Below, piece by piece: positions 9,433 to 18,397 of a stretch of 64,000 nucleotides of DNA. Each line of letters opens with the position of its first letter. The stretch's first letter is position 1. Made by a program: the position numbers and the translations under genes. The notes under the pieces are model-generated. The model worked only from the letters and a program-made list of their open reading frames with translations, searched no databases and was not told where the DNA came from. The stretch is from NCBI GenBank assembly GCA_965116985.1, contig OZ220745.1, forward strand, positions 2,788,461 through 2,852,460, in the 5' to 3' direction. Origin of the DNA: Dehalococcoidia bacterium. Lineage in GTDB: Bacteria > Chloroflexota > Dehalococcoidia > Lucifugimonadales > G963668185.

Positions 9433-10053
9433 TTGAACTGGCTCGACATTGCGTTTCTGGTAGTCCTTGCCGGGGCCGGGTTCATCGGCCTCAAGAACGG
9501 CCTGCTGGGGATGCTGGTGGGGCTGTTCGCGCTGTACCTAGGCTGGACGTTCGGGAGCCAGTTCGCTCTGATAGTTGCGGGGCTGGTTGACGACGACCCT
9601 GAGCGGCAGTCGTGGATTGGCGTCATCGTATACGGGCTCATCATCGCCGCTGCCCTCGCGGGAGCTGCGATGGTGTGGCGAGTCATCAGGCCACTTCTGA
9701 AGTTCCTTACCGTCGGCCTTTCGGCGGTGGTCGACAGGGTGGGCGGACTGGCCGTGGGACTCGTGGTGGGCGTCCTCCTCTGTGCGGGAATCATACTGGG
9801 TCTTGCCCGCCTGACGTACGCGTACGAGAACGACTTCTTTGACGGAGTCGCGGGGCAGTTCTCGTCCAAGATTCCCGAGTCCATCGAGTCCAAAGAGAAC
9901 CTCGAGGAGCTCCTGGCAGGATCGACGGTCACGAGGGTGATTGTCAGGGTGATCGACGCCATCCCCGCGGACGCCTTCGGCCTGGCGCCCGGCCGTTTCG
10001 CTACGGGAGTTGACCTGCTGATAGAGACCATGGACGATGCGGGCGCATCTTAG
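9433..10053 (+). CDS. CvpA-family membrane protein
   Basis: N-terminus NWLDIAFLVVLAGAGFIGLKNGLL plus four hydrophobic helices, as in colicin V production protein CvpA. Confidence 0.7.
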   Translation: MNWLDIAFLVVLAGAGFIGLKNGLLGMLVGLFALYLGWTFGSQFALIVAGLVDDDPERQSWIGVIVYGLIIAAALAGAAMVWRVIRPLLKFLTVGLSAVVDRVGGLAVGLVVGVLLCAGIILGLARLTYAYENDFFDGVAGQFSSKIPESIESKENLEELLAGSTVTRVIVRVIDAIPADAFGLAPGRFATGVDLLIETMDDAGAS

Positions 10054-10123
10054 CTAGTGCGCGCAGTTTAAGTGTGAGATAAAATAGTCGAAAAGGATTC
10101 TCGCCCAGACCACTCGAATTTCC

Positions 10124-10633
10124 ATGCCGGTAAACTCCCAAGTTCTGGTGCTCAACCAGAACTACGTGCCGTTGAACATCTGCAACGCGCGCCGCGCGGT
10201 GATTCTGGTCAATCGCGGCAAGGCCGAGATGCTGGAGAACGGCCAGGGAGATTTCCGCACCGTCACGACCGCGTTCCCGATCCCCTCTGTGATCCGCCTT
10301 ATGCACTTGGTCAAGCGGCCGATACTTCAACGCAGGATCTCGCGCCGCGCGGTGTTCCACAGGGACGAGGGCCGATGCCAGTACTGCGGAGATGGAGCGC
10401 GGCAGCTCACGCTGGACCACATCGTGCCGCGATCTCGGCAGGGGACCCACGAGTGGGAAAACGTGGTGGCGGCATGCATTCCCTGCAACCACCGTAAGGC
10501 CGGCCGGACGCCGAGGGAAGCGGGCATGAAGCTGTTGAGGCCGCCGCGAGCGCCGAAGCCGAACCCGTTCCACGTGTTCGACAACCGGCCGATCCTCACT
10601 GAGTGGCGCCAGTTCATTCCCTGGGCTAGTTAG
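10124..10633 (+). CDS. HNH endonuclease
   Basis: CQYCG...LTLDHIVPRSRQG...NVVAACIPCNHRK is a Zn-finger/HNH signature. Confidence 0.85.
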   Translation: MPVNSQVLVLNQNYVPLNICNARRAVILVNRGKAEMLENGQGDFRTVTTAFPIPSVIRLMHLVKRPILQRRISRRAVFHRDEGRCQYCGDGARQLTLDHIVPRSRQGTHEWENVVAACIPCNHRKAGRTPREAGMKLLRPPRAPKPNPFHVFDNRPILTEWRQFIPWAS

Positions 10634-10660
10634 CCAGGGCCGGAAAGCAGGACTCCAACC

Positions 10661-10870
10661 TTACCTGGGCGCCAGCTTCTCCAGCACGCGGAACATCGGG
10701 CCGCGGAGGTCTGAGTGCAGGAACTGGCCCGGCGCAACTATCACCATAGCCTCCCGCTGACCGAAGTCCTGCTCGACGAGGACGCGGTCGTTAACGCGCA
10801 GGTCGTGGCCGTCGGGGTCCACGAAATGCACGCGGCCTGACGGGCTGAACCGGACACCGGCCATATTCAT
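10661..10870 (-). CDS. Small protein resembling only the N-terminus of PSP1/RicT(YaaT)-family proteins
   Basis: MNMAGVRFSPSGRVHFVDPDGHDLRVNDRVLVEQDFGQREAMV resembles the N-terminal beta segment of YaaT-like proteins, which usually follow holB. Its ATG overlaps the holB stop (ATGA). Only 69 aa. Confidence 0.4.
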   Translation of the reverse strand: MNMAGVRFSPSGRVHFVDPDGHDLRVNDRVLVEQDFGQREAMVIVAPGQFLHSDLRGPMFRVLEKLAPR

Positions 10871-11874
10871 GAACCGGAGTCTCTCGGGGGCGCCTGTACG
10901 TACGGCATCTGCAGCATCATCTGCTCCGTCGCGAGCCTGTAAGTCACGTTTCTTTCGAGGTTGGAGCGCGCCTCCAGCACCGCTCCTATCGCCGCGGCGA
11001 TCTCCCGGACCGCAAGGTGAGTGCCCTGCACGTCCACGTGACCTGAGCCGCGTCGGACCGCCTGCAGCAGGATCGCCCGCCACCAGTCCTGCCAAAGGTC
11101 AAGGACTTCCCCGCCCTTCTCTCGGTTGCGCGTGAAGTCTGAGGCAAGGCTGTTCGCGTACTCGAAGCGGCCTTCCATGGTGCTTCCGATGGCGTCCTCG
11201 ATCTCGCGGAGAATGGCTCCGCGCTCTTCCGTGAGCTGCGGATCGGAAAGGGCGCGCACGGCCCAGCCAGGCCGGCCGCCGCTCATCTCCGCCAGCTCAC
11301 GGGCGCGGTCCGGCTCGACGCCGTGGCTGTCTACCAGCAGCGATGCAATGGCATCGGCGTGCGGCGGCCTGAGGTCGATCCTCTGGCACCTGGAAACGAT
11401 AGTCGGGAGTACGTGTGCGTTCTCGCGCAACAGCAGGACGATGAGCACGTGATTCGGCGGCTCTTCCAGTGTCTTGAGCAGCGCGTTAGAGGCCTCGGCA
11501 CTCATCGTCTCGGCGGCGTCGAATATGACGACGCGGCACTTGCCCTCGAACGGCTTCAGGCTGATGTCACGCTGGCAGTCGCGGACCTGGTCTATACCGA
11601 TGTTCACCCTGGAGCGGCCGTTGTCGGAACTCTCCTGCAAGCCCACTATCTGAACGTCCGCGTGGAGGCCGCGCGAAACGCGGTCGCACTGGCCGCAATC
11701 CGAGCACGGTGGGTTTTCGCCGACGCAGTTGACGAGCCGGGCGAGGTCGAGCGCGAGCGCCATTCTCCCTGTGCTCGGCCTTCCCGTGATCAGATAGGCG
11801 TGGGCCAGACGCCCGGCGGTGTGGCTGCGCTCCAGGTAGCGTACGGCCCTGTCGTGCCCAACCGTGTCCCACAT
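10867..11874 (-). CDS. holB: DNA polymerase III subunit delta prime
   Basis: HAYLITGRPSTGR P-loop-like box, zinc module CSDCGQCDRV, DEAE-like FDAAETM and SRC motif TIVSRCQ. Confidence 0.85.
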   Translation of the reverse strand: MWDTVGHDRAVRYLERSHTAGRLAHAYLITGRPSTGRMALALDLARLVNCVGENPPCSDCGQCDRVSRGLHADVQIVGLQESSDNGRSRVNIGIDQVRDCQRDISLKPFEGKCRVVIFDAAETMSAEASNALLKTLEEPPNHVLIVLLLRENAHVLPTIVSRCQRIDLRPPHADAIASLLVDSHGVEPDRARELAEMSGGRPGWAVRALSDPQLTEERGAILREIEDAIGSTMEGRFEYANSLASDFTRNREKGGEVLDLWQDWWRAILLQAVRRGSGHVDVQGTHLAVREIAAAIGAVLEARSNLERNVTYRLATEQMMLQMPYVQAPPRDSGS

Positions 11875-11884
11875 GCGGTCCCGC

Positions 11885-13198
11885 CTACCAGACGTCGGCG
11901 CGCATCAAGTCGTCGAAGGTCTCCCGCCGCCGGATGAGCCTGGCGTCGCCGTCTTTGACCATGACCATGGCGGGCCGTGGGTTGAGGTTGTAGTTGGACG
12001 CCATCGAGGGCGAGTATGCGCCGCACGACGGGATCGCGATGACGTCGCCGGGATGCAGCGAAGGGAGCGCGGCGTCCCTGATGAGCACGTCGCCCGACTC
12101 GCAGAACTTGCCCGCGAGCGTGACCGTCGTGTCTGCCGGCGCGGACATGCGGTTGGCGGCGACCGCCTCGTACTCTGAGCCGTAGAGCGCCGGGCGAATG
12201 TTGTCGCCCATGCCGCCGTCGAGCGAGACATAAGTGCGGACGGACGGGATCTCCTTGATCGCGCCGACCGTGTACAGCGCGACGCCGGCGCGGCCCACGA
12301 TCGACCGGCCCGGCTCGATGACGAGCGTCGGCGCACCGAATCCGAGCGCTGTGGCGCGCTCGCGGAGAGCGGTCGCGATGACCTCGGCGTACGCCGAGAT
12401 CGGCGGCGGCGGGCTGTCGCTGACATAGCCGATCGCGAAGCCCCCGCCGGGGCTCAGCTCCCGTAGCTCCAGACCCTCCGACTTGAACGGCTCAAGGAAC
12501 GTGAGCACGGTGTCGATGGCAATTGAGTACGGCTCTAGTTCAAAGATCGGCGATCCAAGGTGGAAGTGGATGCCAACGAGGTCGAGGTTGGGCGACGCCA
12601 GAGCCTGGCTTATTGCCTGCGCCGCGTCACCGGTCTCTATGGAAAAGCCGAACTTGCTGTCCAGGATGCCGGTTGTCGTGTGGACGTGCGTGTGCGGGTC
12701 CACATTCGGCGACAGTCGGAGGAGCACGTCCTGCCTGCGGCCGTCGTCCTCCAGCAGGCTGTTGAGCAGGTCCAGTTCGTGGAAGCTGTCGACCACAATC
12801 CGGCCCACACCGGCGTCGATGGCCATCTTCAGCTCGCCGGGCGTCTTGTTGTTCCCGTGGAAGTAGATGTTCTCGGCCGGTAACTCCGCTGCCAGCGCGA
12901 CGGCCAGTTCACCGTCGGAAACTACGTCGACGCCAAGTCCCTCCTCGTGCACGAGCTTGGCAATGGCCGGGTTCAGGAAAGCCTTCGCCGCGTACAGCAC
13001 GCGCGAGTTCGAGTAAAGAGCGCCGAAGCCATCGACAAACTGCCGGCACATGCCCCGCAAAGTGTCTTCGTCGAATACATACAGCGGCGTGCCGTATTCG
13101 GTCACCAGGTCCTGCGCGTCGCAACTACCGATAGTGAGTCTGTCCGCGTCATTGACGAACGCCGTGACCGGAAACAGGCTTGCGTTTGGAAATGCCAT
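11885..13198 (-). CDS. lysA: Diaminopimelate decarboxylase
   Basis: Fold-III PLP decarboxylase: GTPLYVFDEDTLR, YAAKAF (PLP Lys), GGGF and CESGD motifs. Confidence 0.95.
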   Translation of the reverse strand: MAFPNASLFPVTAFVNDADRLTIGSCDAQDLVTEYGTPLYVFDEDTLRGMCRQFVDGFGALYSNSRVLYAAKAFLNPAIAKLVHEEGLGVDVVSDGELAVALAAELPAENIYFHGNNKTPGELKMAIDAGVGRIVVDSFHELDLLNSLLEDDGRRQDVLLRLSPNVDPHTHVHTTTGILDSKFGFSIETGDAAQAISQALASPNLDLVGIHFHLGSPIFELEPYSIAIDTVLTFLEPFKSEGLELRELSPGGGFAIGYVSDSPPPPISAYAEVIATALRERATALGFGAPTLVIEPGRSIVGRAGVALYTVGAIKEIPSVRTYVSLDGGMGDNIRPALYGSEYEAVAANRMSAPADTTVTLAGKFCESGDVLIRDAALPSLHPGDVIAIPSCGAYSPSMASNYNLNPRPAMVMVKDGDARLIRRRETFDDLMRADVW

Positions 13199-13365
13199 AC
13201 GTGTGGGACCCTTCTATGAACAAGTTACAAGAAATGCCAAGCTTGTTGCAGTAAGGCGACCTGCGTCGAATCGGCCGGTGCAGGCCTGAGTGGTATCATA
13301 CCAGCATCAGATTGCGCCGGAGACGCGCTTAACCAGCGAGTCTGGGAGTAGGGACTTCAACCATA

Positions 13366-13716
13366 TTGGCACAGCAACACACACAGACTGCCCACGAGTT
13401 TCTGGAAGCTGCTGACCGTGAATTTGCCGATGGGGATACATTGCAGGCATCCGAAAAGATGTGGGGAGCGGCGTCGCATGCAATCATGGCGATAGCCCAA
13501 AGGCGTGGGTGGGCGCACGGAACACACAGATCACTGTCTCGGGCTGTTCAGCGTGTTGCTCAGGAGCTGGACGACCTTGAGATGCGAGGGATGTTTTCAA
13601 TGGCCGAGCAGTTTCATGCCAACTTCTACCATGGCCATCTTGAAGAATTCCAGGTCGAAGACTATCGAGACGAAGTGCGGCGTTTCATTCACAAGCTCGC
13701 CGCACTCGCGGGCTAG
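13366..13716 (+). CDS. PaREP1-like small helical protein (HEPN-superfamily-related, tentative)
   Basis: 116 aa. EKMWGAASHAIMAIAQRRGWAHGTH and AEQFHANFYHG match my memory of the archaeal PaREP1 family motifs (EK.WGA, GW.H, H.NFYH). Not verifiable here. Confidence 0.5.
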   Translation: MAQQHTQTAHEFLEAADREFADGDTLQASEKMWGAASHAIMAIAQRRGWAHGTHRSLSRAVQRVAQELDDLEMRGMFSMAEQFHANFYHGHLEEFQVEDYRDEVRRFIHKLAALAG

Positions 13717-13748
13717 ATCGATGTTCCGAAGTCCGGCACTCTAGTTGA

Positions 13749-15047
13749 TTGAAGTATTCGAAGTGCGCCGGCGCCACTTTCGGATCAGCCACTAAACAAA
13801 TTCTGCCAGCGATGGTGGCGGTGGTCTTCGGGCTGCTAGCAGCCTGCTCGGCCGAGCAAGCCACTGAGCCAACAATCATACGAACACCTCTCTCAGAGGT
13901 CGAGGTCCAGGAATCTGCTGCGGACACTGTCAATGGTCCCTCCGAATTCACTGACCTGGAATCGCTAGACTTACGTGTCGGACCCGCCTTCCCGAACCTC
14001 ACTTTCAAGGAAATGGTCGATCTCACTCACGCCCCCGGAGACGCCGGACGGCTGTATGTGGTCCTCCGTGAAGGCATGATCCACGCATTTGAAGCTACGC
14101 CCGGCGCTGACGAATCTGTTCGATTCCTGGACATACGCTCACGGGTGTTGAGTCGAGGCTCCGAGGAGGGACTGCTGGGGCTCGCCTTCGCGCCCGACTA
14201 CGCGGAGTCCGGCCATTTCTACGTCTACTACTCGGCCCCAAATCCCCGGCGGTCGGTTGTCGCCCGCTTCACCGTGGACACATCGACGGGCGTCGTTCCG
14301 GACGGCGCGAAGGGCGTCACGATTCTCGAGGTGCTTCAGCCGTACTCCAATCACAACGGCGGACAGATCGCGTTCGGGCCGGATGGGTACCTGTATGTGG
14401 CGTTGGGCGATGGCGGAGGCGCGGGCGACAGGCTCGGCCATGGACAGGACCCGCAGACGTTGCTCGGCACCATTCTGAGAATCGACGTGACGGATTCGGA
14501 CGGTGAAGGCGGCTACCGCATTCCGCCGGACAACCCCTTCGTCGATGGTGATGAGGGCCGGCCGGAAATCTTCGCGTTCGGCCTGCGCAATCCGTGGCGC
14601 TTCGCGTTCGACAGCAAGACCGGCCTGCTTTGGACGGCGGACGTGGGGCAGAACCGTTACGAGGAAATCGACATCGTGCGGTCGGGGCTCAACTACGGCT
14701 GGAACAGGGTGGAAGGCATGCATTGCTATCCGAGCGGCGGCCAGGACTGCGATCTCGCGGGCTTCGAGCCGCCCGTGATAGAGTACGGTCGCTCCGACGG
14801 GTGCTCGGTGACTGGAGGCCGAGTGTACCGCGGCGGACGGCTGCCGTCACTGCAGGGCGCGTACGTGTACGGCGACTTCTGCAGCGGCAAGATCTGGGGC
14901 CTGAAGTATGATGGCGAGGCGGTGACGGACCACGCGCTGCTTGCCGACACCGATCTCATGATTTCGGCGTTCGGCAGCGGGCCGGACGGGGAGCTTTACA
15001 TCCTCGATTACAGAGAACGAGGGCAGATCTATAGGTTCGTTGAATAG
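13749..15047 (+). CDS. PQQ-dependent sugar dehydrogenase (sorbosone/soluble glucose dehydrogenase family), probable lipoprotein
   Basis: GLLGLAFAPDY, HNGGQIAFGPDGYLYVALGDGG, RNPWRFAFD and YGWN beta-propeller motifs, plus lipobox LLAAC near the N-terminus. Start is uncertain (TTG 13749 or ATG 13812). Confidence 0.85.
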   Translation: MKYSKCAGATFGSATKQILPAMVAVVFGLLAACSAEQATEPTIIRTPLSEVEVQESAADTVNGPSEFTDLESLDLRVGPAFPNLTFKEMVDLTHAPGDAGRLYVVLREGMIHAFEATPGADESVRFLDIRSRVLSRGSEEGLLGLAFAPDYAESGHFYVYYSAPNPRRSVVARFTVDTSTGVVPDGAKGVTILEVLQPYSNHNGGQIAFGPDGYLYVALGDGGGAGDRLGHGQDPQTLLGTILRIDVTDSDGEGGYRIPPDNPFVDGDEGRPEIFAFGLRNPWRFAFDSKTGLLWTADVGQNRYEEIDIVRSGLNYGWNRVEGMHCYPSGGQDCDLAGFEPPVIEYGRSDGCSVTGGRVYRGGRLPSLQGAYVYGDFCSGKIWGLKYDGEAVTDHALLADTDLMISAFGSGPDGELYILDYRERGQIYRFVE

Positions 15048-15062
15048 CAGGAGGCTCGAACA

Positions 15063-16043
15063 TTGAGCACCATGGTGGCCGCAGTAGTCGTCGGACCGGG
15101 GACGGTCGAATGCCAGCAAGTCCCGATGCCGGAAGTGGATGGTGACCTCGTGCTCGTCAAGACGCTCGCCGGATCGATCTGCGGCAGCGACCTGCACGTG
15201 GTCTACATGGGCTGGAATATGGGCGAGTTTCCTCTCCCGCCGGGCGTCCCGGGCCACGAGGGCGTTGGCGTAGTCGTGGATGAAGGCAGGTCCGACTATT
15301 CGCGCGGCGACCTGGTGCTCACGGCGCCCAGTATCTTCACGGCCCGGGTGTTCGCCGAGTACCAAGCCATTTCCTCAGAGTACCTGCTCAAGCTACCGGA
15401 AGGCCCGCCGCTGGACCACCTGCTCATGGCCCAGCAGCTCGGGACCGTCGTCTACGGCTGCAAGCGTCTGCCGCCTGTGGAGGGCAAGACGGTTGCGATC
15501 ATCGGCCAGGGTTCGGTCGGCCTGTTTCACGCATTCTTGCTCAAGCGCGTGGGCGCCGGCCGAGTTATCGCGGTGGAGCCCATAGACGCCAGGCGCGAGG
15601 AAGGGCTGAACATGGGCGTGGACGAGGCGATAGACGTCACGGGCCAGGCCGCCACCGAAGCAGTGCTCGATCTGACGGGAGGTGATGGCGCCGATCTCGT
15701 GATCGAGGCCGTGGGCAGCGTTCGAACGCTGAACCAAGCCCTGAACATCGTCCGAAACCAGGGTCACGTGTGCGCGTTCGGTCTGCCTGAATCGAGCGAA
15801 CCGGTGGCGTTCGAGTGGGACACCTTCTTCAGGCGGCGGATCACCATGAACGCCGTCTTCGGCGCACAGGATGTGCCCGGCCTGCCTGACTTTCAGGCGG
15901 CGCTCACCATGATTGCAGAAGGCGAGATCGACGTCGCGCCGCTGACCACGCACCGGTTCCCGCTCGAGAGAGTCCAGGATGCGATGGACCTGGCCCACAA
16001 CCCAACCGGCGGGGCGCTCAAGGTGGGCCTGACGTTTGGTTAG
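15063..16043 (+). CDS. Zinc-dependent medium-chain alcohol dehydrogenase family protein
   Basis: GSICGSDLHVV, GHEGVGVV and IIGQGSVGL Rossmann motif. Confidence 0.85.
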   Translation: MSTMVAAVVVGPGTVECQQVPMPEVDGDLVLVKTLAGSICGSDLHVVYMGWNMGEFPLPPGVPGHEGVGVVVDEGRSDYSRGDLVLTAPSIFTARVFAEYQAISSEYLLKLPEGPPLDHLLMAQQLGTVVYGCKRLPPVEGKTVAIIGQGSVGLFHAFLLKRVGAGRVIAVEPIDARREEGLNMGVDEAIDVTGQAATEAVLDLTGGDGADLVIEAVGSVRTLNQALNIVRNQGHVCAFGLPESSEPVAFEWDTFFRRRITMNAVFGAQDVPGLPDFQAALTMIAEGEIDVAPLTTHRFPLERVQDAMDLAHNPTGGALKVGLTFG

Positions 16044-16089
16044 GTTGCGTTGCTGCAGCCGGCAAGGGACGGAGACTTAGGCTGGCTCG

Positions 16090-16503
16090 TCAGGGTTCTA
16101 TCCTACGGATACCTGTGAATCTATCGAAGTCCCTGTCATAGCTAACGATTTCAGTAAGGCCGTTTCTCTCCATATGCGCCACGGACAGCGCATCTTCAAA
16201 GTCCAATGACGAAGATGAAGCGAAGATGTCCAGAGCTCTGAGGTAGACGCTCTTCTGTGGAATTCTCAGGTTGCGCAACGTTAGCAGCGGCAGCAGCCTG
16301 TCCCTGGCCTCTTCATGGTCCAGTCTGTAGAGACCACGGGGTGAAGTAAGTACGTACACCACTTCGGACACAATGGCTACAGTGGTAAAGAGGACTTCCT
16401 CGCCCCTGCTGGTTCTCTCAAACAGACGGTACGTCGCTTCCGCCTTTTCCTCGTCGTCTCGGGTCAAGTACCTGAGGAAGATGTTCGTGTCAACGAGCCT
16501 CAT
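16090..16503 (-). CDS. vapC: PIN-domain toxin VapC
   Basis: MRLVDTNIFLRYL... with conserved acidic residues (D5, E, D near the C-terminus: VSYDRDF). Overlaps the upstream antitoxin gene by 4 nt. Confidence 0.9.
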   Translation of the reverse strand: MRLVDTNIFLRYLTRDDEEKAEATYRLFERTSRGEEVLFTTVAIVSEVVYVLTSPRGLYRLDHEEARDRLLPLLTLRNLRIPQKSVYLRALDIFASSSSLDFEDALSVAHMERNGLTEIVSYDRDFDRFTGIRRIEP

Positions 16504-16772
16504 TCTTGACGTAGTTTGCCGATGGTATCTTCGGCCTTTGCCTCCTTGGCGTCTCGGATGATCTCCTTGAAGTCCGTTGTTTCATTGCCCGTTGGCCTCA
16601 CCGAACCAAAGGCTGTCTCCAGGGTAAATATTGAAGGAGAAAGGCGAACATCGCCATCATTGTCAATGGTGAACGTGACCTTGTCTCTTGGCTTGAGGCC
16701 AAGAAGCCGTCGCACTTCAGCTGGGATGGTTACCTGATTTCGTTGGGTGATGGTGGTTGCGATCCGCTGCAT
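16500..16772 (-). CDS. vapB: AbrB/SpoVT-type antitoxin VapB
   Basis: TITQRNQVTIPAEVRRLLGLKPRDKVTF is a swapped-hairpin AbrB/MazE-type DNA-binding motif. Lies immediately upstream of vapC. Confidence 0.85.
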   Translation of the reverse strand: MQRIATTITQRNQVTIPAEVRRLLGLKPRDKVTFTIDNDGDVRLSPSIFTLETAFGSVRPTGNETTDFKEIIRDAKEAKAEDTIGKLRQE

Positions 16773-16795
16773 GTCCGCTCCAATGGTTCACATAG

Positions 16796-16854
16796 TGTGC
16801 AATGACACTACATTAGCACAATGTTCTTATAAATGCGCATTGCTGCGTGCAGCA
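16796..16854. promoter_or_regulatory. Two palindromes upstream of vapBC (candidate autoregulatory operators)
   Basis: TGTGCAATG-ACACTA-CATTAGCACA (~16796-16820, imperfect) and TGCTGC-GT-GCAGCA (~16841-16854, perfect) lie 25-80 nt upstream of the vapB ATG in an AT-richer spacer. Confidence 0.4.
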
Positions 16855-16880
16855 TACATGCGTCTTCGTGAAATCCCTCG

Positions 16881-17390
16881 TTAGATTCCCAACGCAATAG
16901 GCGATTTGGGAACGCGGCCTTCAACCAGGGGCCGCAGTAGTTTCGGCATCCTGCGAGGCGCGAAGGTCTCTGTATCTGCCGCCATTATTTCGTCGATGGT
17001 CCACCAGCGGTACTCCTGCAGGTACTCATCATTCAGCACGTCGATTGGCGGCGGCTTGATGACAAATTCGGGCGCTCTGAGCAGATAGTAGCGCTCGATC
17101 TGCTCGATCCACTCGTCGATCCACCAGAACACGTGCCGTCTCGTCCAGACGCACGGCCCGAGGACCGGGTCCGAGAGCCCCGTCTCCTCGCGAAGCTCGC
17201 GCATCGCCGCCTGCTCGTAAGCCTCGCCCGGCTCCAGGCCGCCGCCGGGCGTGATCCAGAGTCGCAGGTCCTCGCGTCCGGGCAGCTCGGTGCGGAAAAG
17301 CAGCACCCTGCCGCGGCCATCGAGCACGATCACCCGCGCCGCGGGCCGGCGAGTGGGCTTGTCGCGGGTGCCGGCTCCAGTGATAGGCAC
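16881..17390 (-). CDS. NUDIX hydrolase
   Basis: Nudix box GGGLEPGEAYEQAAMRELREETGL. Confidence 0.9.
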   Translation of the reverse strand: MPITGAGTRDKPTRRPAARVIVLDGRGRVLLFRTELPGREDLRLWITPGGGLEPGEAYEQAAMRELREETGLSDPVLGPCVWTRRHVFWWIDEWIEQIERYYLLRAPEFVIKPPPIDVLNDEYLQEYRWWTIDEIMAADTETFAPRRMPKLLRPLVEGRVPKSPIALGI

Positions 17391-17401
17391 CTGGTATGCC
17401 C

Positions 17402-18373
17402 CTACTGGACGATTTCCGAATTGACGCTAGAACGGACATGCTCCAAATGAGGGCGGAACACTTCCGAGAACTTCGAAATATTGTCAATCATCCATGTACG
17501 GATAACATCTAGTTCCGCCTCAGAACCGTCAATCGACGCAATGCGGGAGACTCCAATCCTGCTGCTCTGGTAGTCATCAAGCCTCTCCCAGAGCATTTGG
17601 CCAAACTCACGCTCGATCTGATCTTTCGATTCTGTGAGCAAGTCGAATGCCGCCTTGTTCCATTCTTTCTCTTCAGCCTTAATCACCAACTCCACTCTTG
17701 CATCGCCTTCGGAGGTTAGGCGCATTGTGCGGCCAAACTGACCGAAGCCGAGGCCTGAGCCTGCGTTGTAGGCGGGGTGCCGATTCTCAGTCGCTATGTT
17801 CCACCCATGCTCGCGGTTCAGCTTCTCCAAGAGAGGTTTCCAGAACCGCACGTACTTGGTTTGTGTCTCGGTCAATTCGGATGCAGTGGAGTTGATTTTC
17901 TTCGACCATTGGTTGGGAGTTGCCGCCAAGCGGAACAGTGGCGCGGGAATGGAGTTGCCAATTCTTACTGCGCCAACTTCCACTCCGAAGAAGTCGAGCG
18001 ATTCACCTGTGCCTTCATTGAGCCAGTCCAAGGCCGCTCGGTGCTCGTCGCGAAACTCAGTTGCTATCCAGATAACAATCCTGGCTCTTGTTCCTGCTGC
18101 ATATGTCAGCAGTTGGCCGAGGTGCGGATTGTCAGTTACCGCAATCTGGTTCTCAATAGCCACTGCGTCGTTTCTGTTTGCCTCGTTTGCAAGTATGTCC
18201 AGAAAGTAGTTGCCAACTGGTACTTCGATGCCCTTTAGCTCAAGGACCATGCCAAGTACCTCACCAAGTACCTCGAGATTCTTGGCTAGCCAAGGTGTGA
18301 AATCGCTTGCCTCGTCTGGCCAAACCTCCCTTATGTTGACTTCTTTGATTGTGCCTATCTCTCTCTCGGACAC
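17402..18373 (-). CDS. PD-(D/E)XK nuclease-like N-domain plus DUF4268-type C-domain protein
   Basis: N-terminus IREVWPDEASDFTPWLAKNLEVLG...FLDILANE...VAIENQI..DNPHLGQLLTYAAG matches my memory of the DUF4268 family architecture (D...ExQ nuclease core). The gene is visibly AT-richer than its flanks. Confidence 0.65.
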   Translation of the reverse strand: MSEREIGTIKEVNIREVWPDEASDFTPWLAKNLEVLGEVLGMVLELKGIEVPVGNYFLDILANEANRNDAVAIENQIAVTDNPHLGQLLTYAAGTRARIVIWIATEFRDEHRAALDWLNEGTGESLDFFGVEVGAVRIGNSIPAPLFRLAATPNQWSKKINSTASELTETQTKYVRFWKPLLEKLNREHGWNIATENRHPAYNAGSGLGFGQFGRTMRLTSEGDARVELVIKAEEKEWNKAAFDLLTESKDQIEREFGQMLWERLDDYQSSRIGVSRIASIDGSEAELDVIRTWMIDNISKFSEVFRPHLEHVRSSVNSEIVQ

Positions 18374-18397
18374 TCTAACTCGCCTCCTTGTCTATAG

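Noticed and set aside
10871-11095. Long version of the small PSP1-like ORF (144 aa).
   Set aside because: The extra N-terminal 75 codons lie inside holB in another frame and are Gly/Arg/Ala junk. The ATGA overlap with the holB stop gives a clean coupled start.
13199-13365. Possible lysine (L-box) riboswitch upstream of lysA. I also considered T-box, TPP, cobalamin, glycine and SAM riboswitches in other leaders.
   Set aside because: I could not find the conserved cores of these classes by eye. Only a TGGTAT-C-ATACCA palindrome is present here. A covariance-model scan would be needed to exclude them properly.
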